A DNA stretch of 64,000 nucleotides from Trichosphaerium sp. ATCC 40318 (taxonomy: Eukaryota > Protista > Tubulinea). The notes under the pieces are model-generated. The model did no database searches. It saw nothing but the letters and a program-made list of their open reading frames with translations, and was not told where the DNA came from. The stretch covers positions 124,001 through 188,000 of the forward strand of contig JALMLS010000332.1 in the NCBI GenBank assembly GCA_038496445.1, in the 5' to 3' direction. The translations under genes and the position numbers were made by a program. Every line of letters begins with the position of its first letter. The stretch's first letter is position 1. Shown here one piece after another: positions 41,247 through 52,815 of this stretch.

Positions 41247-44234
41247 ATGAGGCTTCTCAAGGTGTTATTCATTGTAGTGTTCTTTGCCTACACCCAAGCT
41301 GTATCAAACGCGAACCCGAATGTTATATTTCATTGTGACGCCCTCTCTGATAAATGGGGCTGTCCACCTTCTCAGTGGGAACCAGGAAGATGGGGTCCTA
41401 ATAGATTAAACTGTTTAACTCCTGGACGTTTGATGTCATGGGCTTCTGAAACTGTAAGAACGAACGATTACAAATTATCGGCAAAAATTGGTTTCAATGA
41501 TATCACTTTCTACGTTCCAGGCCACATTTTAAACATTGTGTTGGAAGTTAAAGAATATTCTATGAAATATAGGGGACTGCTGCTATACGCTGAAACAGAC
41601 GCAGGAACACGTGTTGGCGAGTGGAAGCTTTTCGACGACAGCCCTGGTAATGATCTTTTTCTTTTTCTTTTCTTCATCTTCGAACTTACGTTTGTTTTAG
41701 CTGTATGGCAGCTACCTTGGCCTTCAGAACATCACTGCGGCAATTCTGTTATGCACAAGACAGCTGCTATAAAGCCATTGAAGACGACCTTCAAGTTTGT
41801 ATCTCCTCCTGCCGGCACCGGAACAATTCACTTTAGAGCTCTTATCAAGCAAGGAGATGCTAATCTTGGTGGGTTCTATACCCCAAATCTTTCCGGAGAC
41901 ATAACGCTTACCGAATCAGACTACTACCTTGAACCACAGCTTTTCTTTAGAACGCAGTTGGGGCAATCTTGTTACTCCAGATGTAAAGAGGAAGGCAAAA
42001 TTGTTGATCAGAAGTTTCTTGATGATATCAGAACACAACATGATTTTGAGTCGTACCTTGGTCACAGACACGTCTGTAAACTACCGTTCTTGAGCGGTTG
42101 TAATAGTCTTGGTATTACATCCAGTAAGGACGGCCTTTGCTACTATGATGATGAAACTTGTGAAGCACAAGGAAGAAGTAAAGCTCGTGTAACTCAATGG
42201 TCCGCTTCAATGAACGAACAAAATGGGCACGTGATAACTTACTTAGTTTTCCGTTTTAACATTTGCTTCCAGTTATCGCTATTGCCCTTGTATATTTAGT
42301 ATAGCTGAGACATATGGAAAGAGGAGTGTATTAGAAGCAACGATTCAAAAGAACAGTGCCTCAACATCTAGGTACTATCCAACCATGAAACAGTTTTCGT
42401 ACTATTTTCTTACTGTATTTGTTTAGGATACCCGTTTTATTCTTAATTTCTTTGTTGCTTTTGTCATTCAATCATGGGTCAAAGAGATTGTCTTCATTAT
42501 CTCTATTTTTGGCAGTATTGGCCGTGTCGCTGTGTGTCTTGCCGACTGGAACACGCGCTCATAATTGGATTAAAACACCAAGTAGAGCTGTGCATGCGAG
42601 CACAGAGCAACCTTGCCCATCAAGGCTACAAAACGCTCCTCACGTGCAAGTACAAACAAATCAATTTTTCGAAATTGAATGGACACAAGGACATCACAAC
42701 TCGTTCACATACTTTGCTGTTGTAGCGGATGAAGACAAAGAGAACCTCGTCAAGCACTCTGCAGCTCTATTTGAACAGGTAATAACTTGTTTTGTCTACT
42801 AGTATGTATCTAACACGTTTTTCGTTTAGTATATTAGCGAAGCCCCTGCCGAGTCTACTTACGAAACAAAGAGTTTGCATAGACGCTATACAACCAGGCC
42901 TGAAGACAAGAGCTACTTGTATAAACGCGAAATCCTCCCAAACGATAGAGATTTTTGGCCACGACATGAAGCTTTTGGCGATTGGACAGATAGGTCTGCT
43001 TTATTCGAATACAAAGATATATTCGTAGAAGACAATATACACGTTGCCTACGACAACCCAGAAATACCTTGGATAAAGGCAATATACAGATACAAACACG
43101 TGGATTCTCGACCTTTCGATTCAGATGTTGCAAGATTTACTATTCCTACAACTGGTCAATACGTCGTTCATTACGTATGGAATGGTTACAGCGATTGCAT
43201 AGATATTGATGTATTAGATACGCATGTTGAGAATATTTATGGAGTTGAGGCGACTTCTACAGAATACACGTAAGTCAGAATTCTTATATTTTTGTTTGTT
43301 TTTTTTTTGTGTATCAAGCGTTCTGGCTTACGTTTTTTTTTGTAGGCGTATAGATCATTGTCATGCTCCTGACTATCTCTCCACGTTATTAGACTGCGCT
43401 AGGGTTGTACGAGGGCTTGATTATTGTAAGTCACTATGTAGTAGAGGCGAGCAATGTTCGGCTATTATCGTTGCTCCTCTTGTAGAAGAAGGCTCTTTTA
43501 ACGTTGGTATTCTTCCTGACGATTGCTACAACAATATAAACGACACAACTTTACTTGTTGATAGAAGGGACGTATGCATGTGCTTTCTTGTTAAGCCTCG
43601 AGTTCCAGGAGAAACATTCGGTCCTTGGGAGATGACAGATGATCCTCTCGACCCTGTTTACCAATCAACTTGCTTCCTTCGAAACAGAGGAAGACAGTTC
43701 CCAGGGTTCGTTTCTCCTACGAGAGATGAGTCTATAAGCTGGAAGCACGGAGAAAAATGCATATCTTGCAAGGCACAAGAAGCAAACAAAGACTTATCTA
43801 TCGTACCAAGATGGAAGTTTGAAGAGACTTGCATAAACTGCGACTTGGAGCCTCCACCAACCCTCGATACACTTGCTGTTGCCCCTAAAACACATGACAG
43901 CCATGCTTGCGATGGTTTCGACAATGGATGGCTGAACAGAACCTATACCACGTGCGACAACGTTGAGGAGAGAAACAGTTGTGTGATACGGTTATACCAA
44001 GAAAGGAACACTGGTATCGTTTCAAGGCAGAACATTTTCCCAGAAGAGTGCATCCAATTTGCTGCAGAAAATCCTGATTGCTCCGAACACTTGTTCATGT
44101 TCCACATTCCTCACCTTCCTGGATTGGTAAAGTGTTCTTGTATCAGCCAAAATCCGTGCTGCAATGGGTGTAATGTAATACCTCGAGACAACTTTTCTAT
44201 TCATAGACTTACACGTGGTACAAGCGTGTACTAG
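41247..44234 (+). CDS. Secretory polyprotein-like protein, paralog B (same architecture as 31883-35031)
   Basis: Six exons. Reeler-like KYRGLLLYAE..VGEW..VMH..SPPAGTGTIHFRALI. NSASTSRIPVLFLISLLLLSF, then ..LAVSLCVLPTGTRA|HNWIKTPSRA with His at 42560. WTQGHH (42692). YVVHYVWNGYSDCIDID. Cys-rich tail collinear with paralog A. Confidence 0.8.
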
Positions 44235-44377
44235 ATAGTCGTAAATAAACATCATCAAATACAGGACCCTCAACTAGTTACTCTTTTTGAAACGCTATTA
44301 ATACGAATGCAGCACATAAGGCGACAATCAGGACCAAGAATGTTCAATTTTTTTTTTTTTTTCACCGATTTATTTAT

Positions 44378-46225
44378 TCAAAGCTCAACACGTTTTGGTT
44401 CTGGTAGTGAAAAGTTTTCGTAGTCCATCTTTACAATTGAATGCAAAAGAACATTCGCGCCATTAGCAATATCTTTTTGATTGGAATACTCACCTTTTTA
44501 GACGATACGTAAGCAAAGTTGGGTGTTTTTTAATTAAACTATGATATTGTTAAGTACCTGGTGCATGACTTATACCCTCAATACTTGGTACGAATACCAT
44601 TCCCATAGGTGCTATCTGAGCCATTATTTGAGCATCATGACTCTAAGTTAAATGTAAGAATCATAACGCTTGAAAAACTCTTTTTTTTTAAAGGTAGTAC
44701 TGCGTGACTAGCAAGTAACATTGAAGTGTATCCTAACTCGGTTGCTGCTTCCCATACATGTGTCACAATACGCTAATGGTAATTAATATATGTTTTAAAG
44801 TATTTAAGGGTAAGCTTACATTGTCACTATGTACTGCTGGGATGTGGTGCATAAGTTCTTTGAATTCGATTGTTGTTGATGTAAGTTGTTCGATTTCCTT
44901 TGTTTTTGCTTTTATCCTCTTGAATACATCATCTAGAATATCATCTTCTTCATCACGTAATTCCAAAGTCATTGTGACCTTTCCAGGTATTACATTAGGT
45001 GCCCCTGGTTCAGCATCTATATAACCAACAGTGCCAACCTAAAAAATACATTAGAACTCTCTTCATTCAACACCAAAAATCATCGTGCGTACACCGCCTT
45101 GAACGCTTTTAATAATTTTATTAGATTCTATTATGAAATGAGCGGCACTAATGAGAGCGTCTTGACGATCATCCATTCGCGTTGTCCCAGCGTGATTCTC
45201 AAAACCATTGACAATAACTTGCCACCATTGAATACAAGCAACACCTTTAACAACACCGATATCGAGGTTACCCCTATGAAGCTGAGCACCTAGTAACATA
45301 CCTCTTTAGCATGCTATAATATTACGTGAAATTTAATACATACCTTGTTCCACGTGCAATTCGATAAACGCCGAGTAATCTCCTACAAAAAAGTGTTATT
45401 TTTACTGAGAAAAAAAGTTAAAACCTTTTTTCTTCTTCGCTGCTGCTAGATTATTCGGGTCACCACCAATATCTACTATTCCTTGTCGTATTGTCTTGCC
45501 ACTAGCTGTTACCAAATCAAGCTTTTCTTCCTCAAAAGTACCAGTCATACTAAGACTGCCAACCATACCGCCCTTAATCAATTAAAATTTTGACATTACA
45601 TTTTGATTTAACGAACCTTCTCGTTTGAGAAAACAATAACTTCAAGCGGATGTCTTGTTTTTCGGTTGTTTTCATTCAGTATCTTAAAAATCACGTGAAT
45701 ACTATGTTAATTATTGTGATGTATACCTCTATAACCTCTATAGCGCCAATAACACCGACAGGACCATCGTAGTTACCGCCATTCGGTACTGAGTCAACAT
45801 GACTTCCGAAACCGATTGGAGGCAAATCCTCTGTACCAGGACGCGTTCCTATGCTACCAATTAGTGGTAGACAGAGTTTTCAAGAGGTACCGTGAATATT
45901 TCCAGCCGTATCAACAGTAACAGTGAGTTGAGCTTCAGATTTTAGTATTTAAAGATGGGCAGAAAAACTTTTTAAGCACACCTTGATTCATTAGCTCTAT
46001 GACGTATCTTCTGGCCTTAATATCCGCTTCAGAGTACGCAACACGGTCTACACCACCCTTATCATTTAATCCGATCTTTTTAATCCTTTCTAAGCGTCTA
46101 TGAATGCGGTTCTGGTCAACACGAAGTTGTGCAGCTGTGAAGCTGTATTGGTGTTAGAATTAGGCTTAAATCGACGCGTACCAAATAAAAACAAGTACAA
46201 TCACGACGAGATGTATCTTTCCCAT
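44378..46225 (-). CDS. M20-family amidohydrolase (allantoate amidohydrolase / N-carbamoylase type) with signal peptide and KDEL-like end
   Basis: GSHVDSVPNGGNYDGPVGV, IELHVEQG, NHAGTT, PGAPNVIPG, HDAQ and GISHAP. N-terminus MGKIHLVVIVLVFICFTAA; C-terminus RVEL*. Confidence 0.9.
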
Positions 46226-46332
46226 GGCTGAACACTCTGGCGAAACGATACTTAACACGTGATAAGTTAAGTGAGCATTCGGCCAGGAATAAGCCTAAGG
46301 CACTTTTTTTTAAATTTGGCGCGGTTTTTGCA

Positions 46333-48692
46333 ATGGCAGAAGTAGTTGTAGATAGTAGAGCTCCTAAACAGGATTTATCTAGGTAATTTAAAAGATTCAG
46401 AGTGTTCTTTTCAATAAAATGCTCAAATACGCTGTATCTTACGTATTTAAGCGTTAAAGCGCCAAAAGAGAGCTTGGCAGCGCGAATAGTCGATAACGAC
46501 CAAATCATATCTCCAAGCAAGCTAAACACTGCGTTATCGCCGAAAAAGATTAATAGCGTACGTATAGAGTCCCAAAAAAGTATTTTTAAGCAAAAATACC
46601 AATCTTGGTCTAACTCAGCTTCAAAAGAGATATACAGGCATAGAAATAGATGTATTAACAGTACAATCTGCTTCTGAGTTTCTAAGCCTTCTCGATAAAT
46701 CCTGTACAAAGCATAAAACGTCTCTCAAAGAAGAGGAAATAGATTTAAAGCACGAAGTACGTGCACGACTTGTTACTGTTTTGGGTTCTTCTTCACAAGA
46801 CTTTCGTTTTGCTAACTTTTCGTTTTAAAGTCACTGCTGGCTCAACACATATGTGCGGAGACATTAAAGTATACACCTGGAGAAGAGTCAGATGGTACGT
46901 TATTAAAGTTTTTTTTGAAGAACACGTGATGAAACCTGAACTAATTTTTTCCTGTTTTTTTCTTCTAGATTCTTTTACGCAACTTGACGGAAGTACTTGT
47001 ATTACTTTTACTGATATTATCAGTGGTGAAGAAGAGTTTGATGTTATATTGTTTGTATACAGTGAATCTGGTATATTAAAGCTCGTGGTACCATGTAACA
47101 AAGAGAGACTATCTTGTGACTGTGATTACTTCAAAGTTGCGTTCAATGGTGGGATGAGAGAGTCAAATGAAGAGTCTTTTCATATCGTATTGGGTCCAAA
47201 AGAAACAGTATCATCAAGTGTAATCTTTTTAAAAGTCATGATGTCCAAAGAAAGAAAAAAATCGATAAGACTTAGTACTGAACTATTGCTTAATGGGGAA
47301 AGGATTAATAGGTGTCTATTTGATGGCCTTTCTAGTAAATTTAACCAGGCACGTGTGTAAATTCTATTTATAAAAAATCGCAAGATACTACTCAATCCTC
47401 TGGTTGCTACTGAAACTTCAAGTTACCTTTCAAAACGCCATGATTAGTCGGGTTTTTTTTCGTAAAGTTTTTGTGTTTCCTTTTTTTTTCTTGTTTCGCA
47501 ATTTGCTCATGTTTTTTTAGATGGTTGCTGGTGATCTTCAACTTGAACTTGTTAAGCATTGTGTTTGTGCTACTAATGTTTGGGGAGATGTTACTGATTT
47601 ATTATCAGTTGATCTTCTTATTAATACTGATTCTATTCGTTCTGAACTTGCTTCTGTTGCTACGAATAAGTTTGAAGTTCTTTGTGTTTCTCATTTTAAA
47701 CAAACAACTCATTTTCTTTGTTTACATAAAATATCACCAAAGATGGCTAATCTATTCCGATTGATTGTTGAAAACCTATGGAAGTTGTACCAAAAAGAAC
47801 GTACAAATCGTATAATAGGTTCTTTGGCTGATATTTGGCTTATGGCATGTACGTACAATCGAACGTTATGAGACTGGTTTTCTGGTTTTTTAACAAAAAA
47901 GTTTAGTTATCGCTGGTAAAACAAAACTTTGCTATGAAATGGCATCTCAACTACCTCCTGCTTTCGCACAGTACGTTTTTATTAATACCCATAGAACTAT
48001 AGAGTTTATAGTTTTATACTAGGTACATGTACTCCACTCCTGAATCTGAACTATGGTGGCTAAACAAAGACTTTTATGCTCCTTCAGTTTTCAAATCACT
48101 TCCGTGTCTTGCTGATATTGGTATTTATCCTTACACTGTTTGCTTCTCAATGTTCGGTTTTATGCGTAGTCAACAAATTAAGGAGGTTTTCGGGCCAACT
48201 ACATCAGCACAACGATATACAGAAAAGCATAAAATACAGTTAAAAACACATCCTCCAATTTTTTGGGTAAAACTTCAGATTTCAGAACCTTGTCATAATG
48301 CTGAATACTGGGGTGCTCAAGTGTGCTCTAATAATATTTACTTTGGTGGTGTAATATGGTACGTAGTTTTATAAACAAACTAAAGGAATAAACAAGGTTA
48401 ACTGACACGTGTTAGGGGATTGTTTTCAATGTCAAGCAATAAAGATCGTGCTGATGTTTTCTTAGCACCTATGCCCTTAGGAAAGGTCTTCCGTCCTTGT
48501 CTTAGATACCATGTATCTTCAGAGCCTATGGAACCTGAAACAGTCAATGCATCTATGATAGCATTAGAGCTACCTTTGCATCAAACATCCTCTGGGAATT
48601 CAGTTGTACCACTTCCTCAAACTGTTAATGTACAAACTGGAAAAGGCTCTTATTTATGGCTATATATCCGTGAGTCTGGATCATGCAGGTGA
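46333..48692 (+). CDS. BTB/POZ-domain protein with possible MATH-like C-terminus; start approximate
   Basis: FDVILFV..VPCNKERLSCDCDYFKVAFNGGMRESNE (BTB). Later SNNIYFGGVIW..VFL resembles a MATH strand pattern. Confidence 0.6.
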
Positions 48693-49050
48693 TGATAAAA
48701 TTTTAAGATTACACGTAAACTTGTATATAAGGTAGTAGTTTATGTATGTATGTTGTAATAGTGTACTTACATAAAGTTGAACAGTAATTTTAGTTGTTTT
48801 GTATTTAAGGTAAGGTTCCTTTTCAAGTACAACTGGTTAGTTTGCTGTCACTGTGTAAAGCAACTGTAGATCGAGTTCTATCTTTCCACGTATTGCCTTG
48901 CCACACTTCTCATTGTAGATTACGCAGTCAGTTTATCCGGTTTAGCTATTTAACAAAAAAGAGCTAAAACTGTCGACTTAAATAAGCTAATGATAGGATT
49001 TACGTTGACTGGTTACTGTCTCAAGCGATACTTGAGTACTACCACTAATC

Positions 49051-52000
49051 ATGAATTTTGGTGCCGTATCACTAGATAACGCTTTCGAACACTATCGCAA
49101 ACACCACGGAGAAGCGTTTAGTAGAATTATGGCAAAACAAGATAAAACGTTCATAAAACAGGTTGAAAGTATTGTTAATGCCATAAATACGAGCTTTGTA
49201 AAGCAACTCGATGAAATACTGTTAAAACAACCGGATACGATTGTTAATACAAACAAGCGCTCATCAGAATCAAACGATTATGAGTCACTTGAGTGGTGGT
49301 ATAGGTTTCTCATTTGTTACAGAAATGTCCAAGGCTTTTAAGGCAGCATTGTGGGAACGTGGTATACTTGATGTAGCCCAGTACTCAGACCTATGGGCGT
49401 CTGAGGTCACACCCTTATCACTGAGGTGCCAGTTAGCATGGAGCAGTTATGGCGCTCCTGCATTAGGTTCTGAACCCAAACGTGTTTGTAGTTTTATCAG
49501 TCTCGGCATGAAAAGGGGTGATGTGTTGCCCAAGCCGTCTTTTGTTATTGAGTCATCCTGTTATGATACTAGTGCTACACTCAAGTGGTTAATGAAAGTT
49601 CAGTGTTTTAACTACCCAAGGGATGTCATGTGGCGGTATATGCTTAGAGTACTACCTGTCACCCATAAGAAGAATGCATATCCACCCGAGAAACATGAGG
49701 ACATCATGTGGAAATGGTTCTTGGCTAGGAGCATATTTGATACCATCATGGACTTGGTACGATTTGGCAACATCACTCAATGGGTGCCTTCAGTGTTGGA
49801 CGAATGCAACAACCCAATCACCACTGTTTGTGTGGCAGTTACCATGGCTTGCATATGGAATATCAGGAATTTTGTTAAACACAGCCAGAAGCTTCCTTCA
49901 TCTACAGAGCTACGTTTCCTCGTTAAAAAGTGGATTCTTTTAGCTATAAATTATAACCCCAAATTGATAGATGTTCACCCCAACTGGGCAGTATGGAACA
50001 GTGAGCTTGGATTTTGGAACTTCAACAAAGACTATGAAACACCAGCATATATTGACTATAGAGATTTGATACACCCACAACACACCTTGTTTGTTGCCCA
50101 GCGCAATGAGCCGGCCTTTGCTATGGGACACGAAGTGGCTCGCATCACACGTAATGGAGATGTCATCCATAAACAGCGATGCTCCACCAAAAATATTAAA
50201 CGTATCAGCAAACGACCCAAACACCTAAATGACTACCTTTTGTAATATCGTGTAAATAAGTGACCCTACTCTCTAGCGTTCCTAGAGAGGAGGTTTTTCT
50301 AGTAAATAGCTTACCTCCAAAAAAAAAAAAAAACGATTATGAGTCACATAAACGCAAACGAAAAGCGAGGTATGTTCAATGAAAGTTCGAAAAAATAGCA
50401 GACTGACCAGCAGGGCGGTTTGCTTTCTGCAAACAGCTGGACGCCCTCAAGAAGCCAGTGTTTGCTCACCAACTGTCAGCTATTGGTGGGCGAAAATGAA
50501 GTTTTTCCAAACTTTATTTCTTTGAACTTTTGAATTTTACTGGAATCATGATTCCCTTTTTCAATCTTTTTTTTACAGCAATACATTGTCTTATAGTCAA
50601 AGTCCTTTTAATAGTTCTTGTATTTCACATGTATTATTAACGTTTAAAAGGACACTGATGGCACTACAAAAAGAAGAAGAAGAGAAGAAGAATATCATTT
50701 GGTACCCTCCTGAAATCATTTCAAACATTCTTGATCACGTGGACGCCAAAGATTTATTTCCTGTTGCTCAATCATGTCGCCACATGGCTGATATTATTCA
50801 TGATATTGTTGGATACAAATATGTTTATCTCAAACGATACACCGATATTCTAAAGATACAACAGTACAAGGGTATCATGAACAATAGTATAGTTCAACTA
50901 GACCACATGAGGGATATTACACTATTTTCATTACTTGCTGGATGTCGTAAACTCAAAAGATCGCCAAAGAATAAGCTTGTGAATGATGGTGATCTGAAAG
51001 CAATAGTAAATGTTAGACAGCCTACCTTTGTTGATCTTAGTGAATGCAACAATGTGACAGATGAAGGTATTAGAGCACTTAAAGGCGCTCGTACTGTTAA
51101 CCTGTATGGCTGCAATGAGGTGACAGATGAAGGCATAAAAGCGCTTTCTGGAGTACATGAAATTGACCTTTCCGGATGTCATAAAGTGACAGATGAAGGT
51201 ATTAAATCGCTTGCTGGAGTTCATACCTTAACAATCAATTATTGTGGAGCGACAGATGAAGCCATTAAAGTACTTGCTGGAGTGCATACTATTAATTTAA
51301 GAGGATGTTATAAGGTCACAGATGAAGGCATAAAAGCGCTTGCTGGAGTACATGAAATTGACCTTTCCGGATGTCCTAAAGTGACAGATGAAGGTATTAG
51401 AGCACTTGCTGGAGTTCATACTATATACATTAGAAATTCGCCTAATATTACAGATGAAGGCGTCAAATCATTGGCTGGCGTTTATGCCATAATGTTGAAT
51501 GGTTGCACATCAATAACAGACGATGGTATAAAAGCATTAGCGGGAGTACACAATATTCGGTTGTTTGGCATGCCTGCAGTCACAGATGAAAGTATTAAAG
51601 CACTTGCTGGAGCTCATACAGTTGCCCTTGATGGCTTTGAAAGTATTACAGATGAAGGTTTTAAAGCGCTTAAAGGAGTACATACAATTAGCATTCGACA
51701 AACTAATATCACAGATGAAGGCATTAAAGCGCTTGCTGGAGTTCATGAAATTGACCTTTTTGGATGTACTAAAGTGACAGATGAAGGTATTAAAGCACTC
51801 GCTGGAGTCCACAAAATTAACCTTTTTGCATGTGGAGATGTTACTGATGAAGGTATAAAAGCACTTGCTGGAGTACATACTATTAATTTAAGTGAATCCT
51901 ATTATGTTACAGATGAAGGCATTAAAGGACTTGTTGGAGTACATACTATTAATTTACGTGAATGTTTTAAGGTTACTGATGAAGGTATAAAAGCGCTTGC

Positions 52001-52322
52001 TGGAGCTCATACAGTCAATCTCAGCAAATGCAATAATGTGTCAGAGAAAGGTATTAAAGCACTTGCAGGGGTACATGAAATTGACCTTACCGACTTCCAT
52101 ATTACCCAGGCAGGCTGCAAAGCGCTCAAAGGTGTACATACAATTACTATTGACTATTGGTGTGTTAATGATAAAGTTGTAGACATGCTTGTACAAGGAG
52201 GTCTTCAGTACATTCAGATCAATAATAATGTGGATAATGGTGGAGAAACAGTGTCAGGTGACATTAAACTGCAATTAAGAGAAGCAGGAGTGGAGATGGT
52301 AGAGGTGTATACTGGCTGCTAA
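49051..52322 (+). CDS. F-box / leucine-rich-repeat protein gene; exon 1 interrupted by a retroelement
   Basis: Long exon 50651-52322: YPPEIISNILDHVDAKDLFPVAQSCR (F-box) followed by about 17 LRRs of about 22 aa (VTDEGIKALAGVHxIxL). After removing the insertion, the ORF from 49051 continues HKRKRKAR to a GTATGT donor at 50370 that splices in phase to the AG at 50649-50650. An internal ATG at 50658 remains. Confidence 0.8.
49289..50330 (+). mobile_element. 5'-truncated non-LTR retrotransposon copy (L1/Tx1-like ORF2 C-terminus) with poly(A) tail
   Basis: 17-bp TSD AAACGATTATGAGTCAC at 49272-49288 and 50331-50347. Poly(A) at 50319-50330. Intronless ORF with RDVMWRYMLRVLP and CIWNIRN, resembling zf-RVT-region motifs. 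3' UTR hairpin at 50269-50289. Confidence 0.85.
51040..52170 (+). repeat. Tandem coding repeat, unit about 66 bp (LRR)
   Basis: Recurrent acagatgaaggtat(t/a)aaagc(a/g)cttgctggagt(a/t)cat at nucleotide level. Confidence 0.9.
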
Positions 52323-52656
52323 TTTGTCAACTTTTATATCAATGGCTGGTAACCAATCCTGATCAGATCCCAGTTATTCGTTGTTGAAGCTCATAAGATG
52401 TACCAACCAACACCATAGCAACATCTATCTTCATACAAGATAGGCCGCTATTGTACAATAAAAACAATAATAAACAGCTATAATTTTTAATTGGCACCAA
52501 TGTTCATCCTGCCATTTTGAGTTCATACGCATTTCTAATCTGCACATGCTTTTGAACAAATACAGAAGAAAAATGAACTGAATTCTCCCAGTATGCGGAT
52601 ATTGTTTAATACGGAGTGCATTTGTAGCTAAACCATTTTTTCTTTGAAGATTAAAG

Positions 52657-52815
52657 TATTGTCCGTTTCAGTCAAGTTAGTCAACTAGTTATTTCGTCAG
52701 TTATTTTTCTCGTAAAAAGTGCTCCAATGGATACTACAACACAAATAAAATGCTTCCAGAGCGAAAAATAACTGGCGAAATAACTAGTTGACTAACTTGA
52801 CTGAAACGGACAATA
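52657..52815. mobile_element. MITE-like element / long inverted repeat
   Basis: 55-bp arms 52657-52711 and 52761-52815 are reverse complements with 2 mismatches, separated by a 49-bp spacer. TA at both outer ends is a possible Tc1/mariner-type TSD. Confidence 0.7.

Noticed and set aside
46116-46709. 197-aa minus-strand ORF and other antisense ORFs (for example 3125-3535, 14376-14735, 27123-27473)
   Set aside because: They overlap better-supported genes or promoter regions and have no domain-like content.
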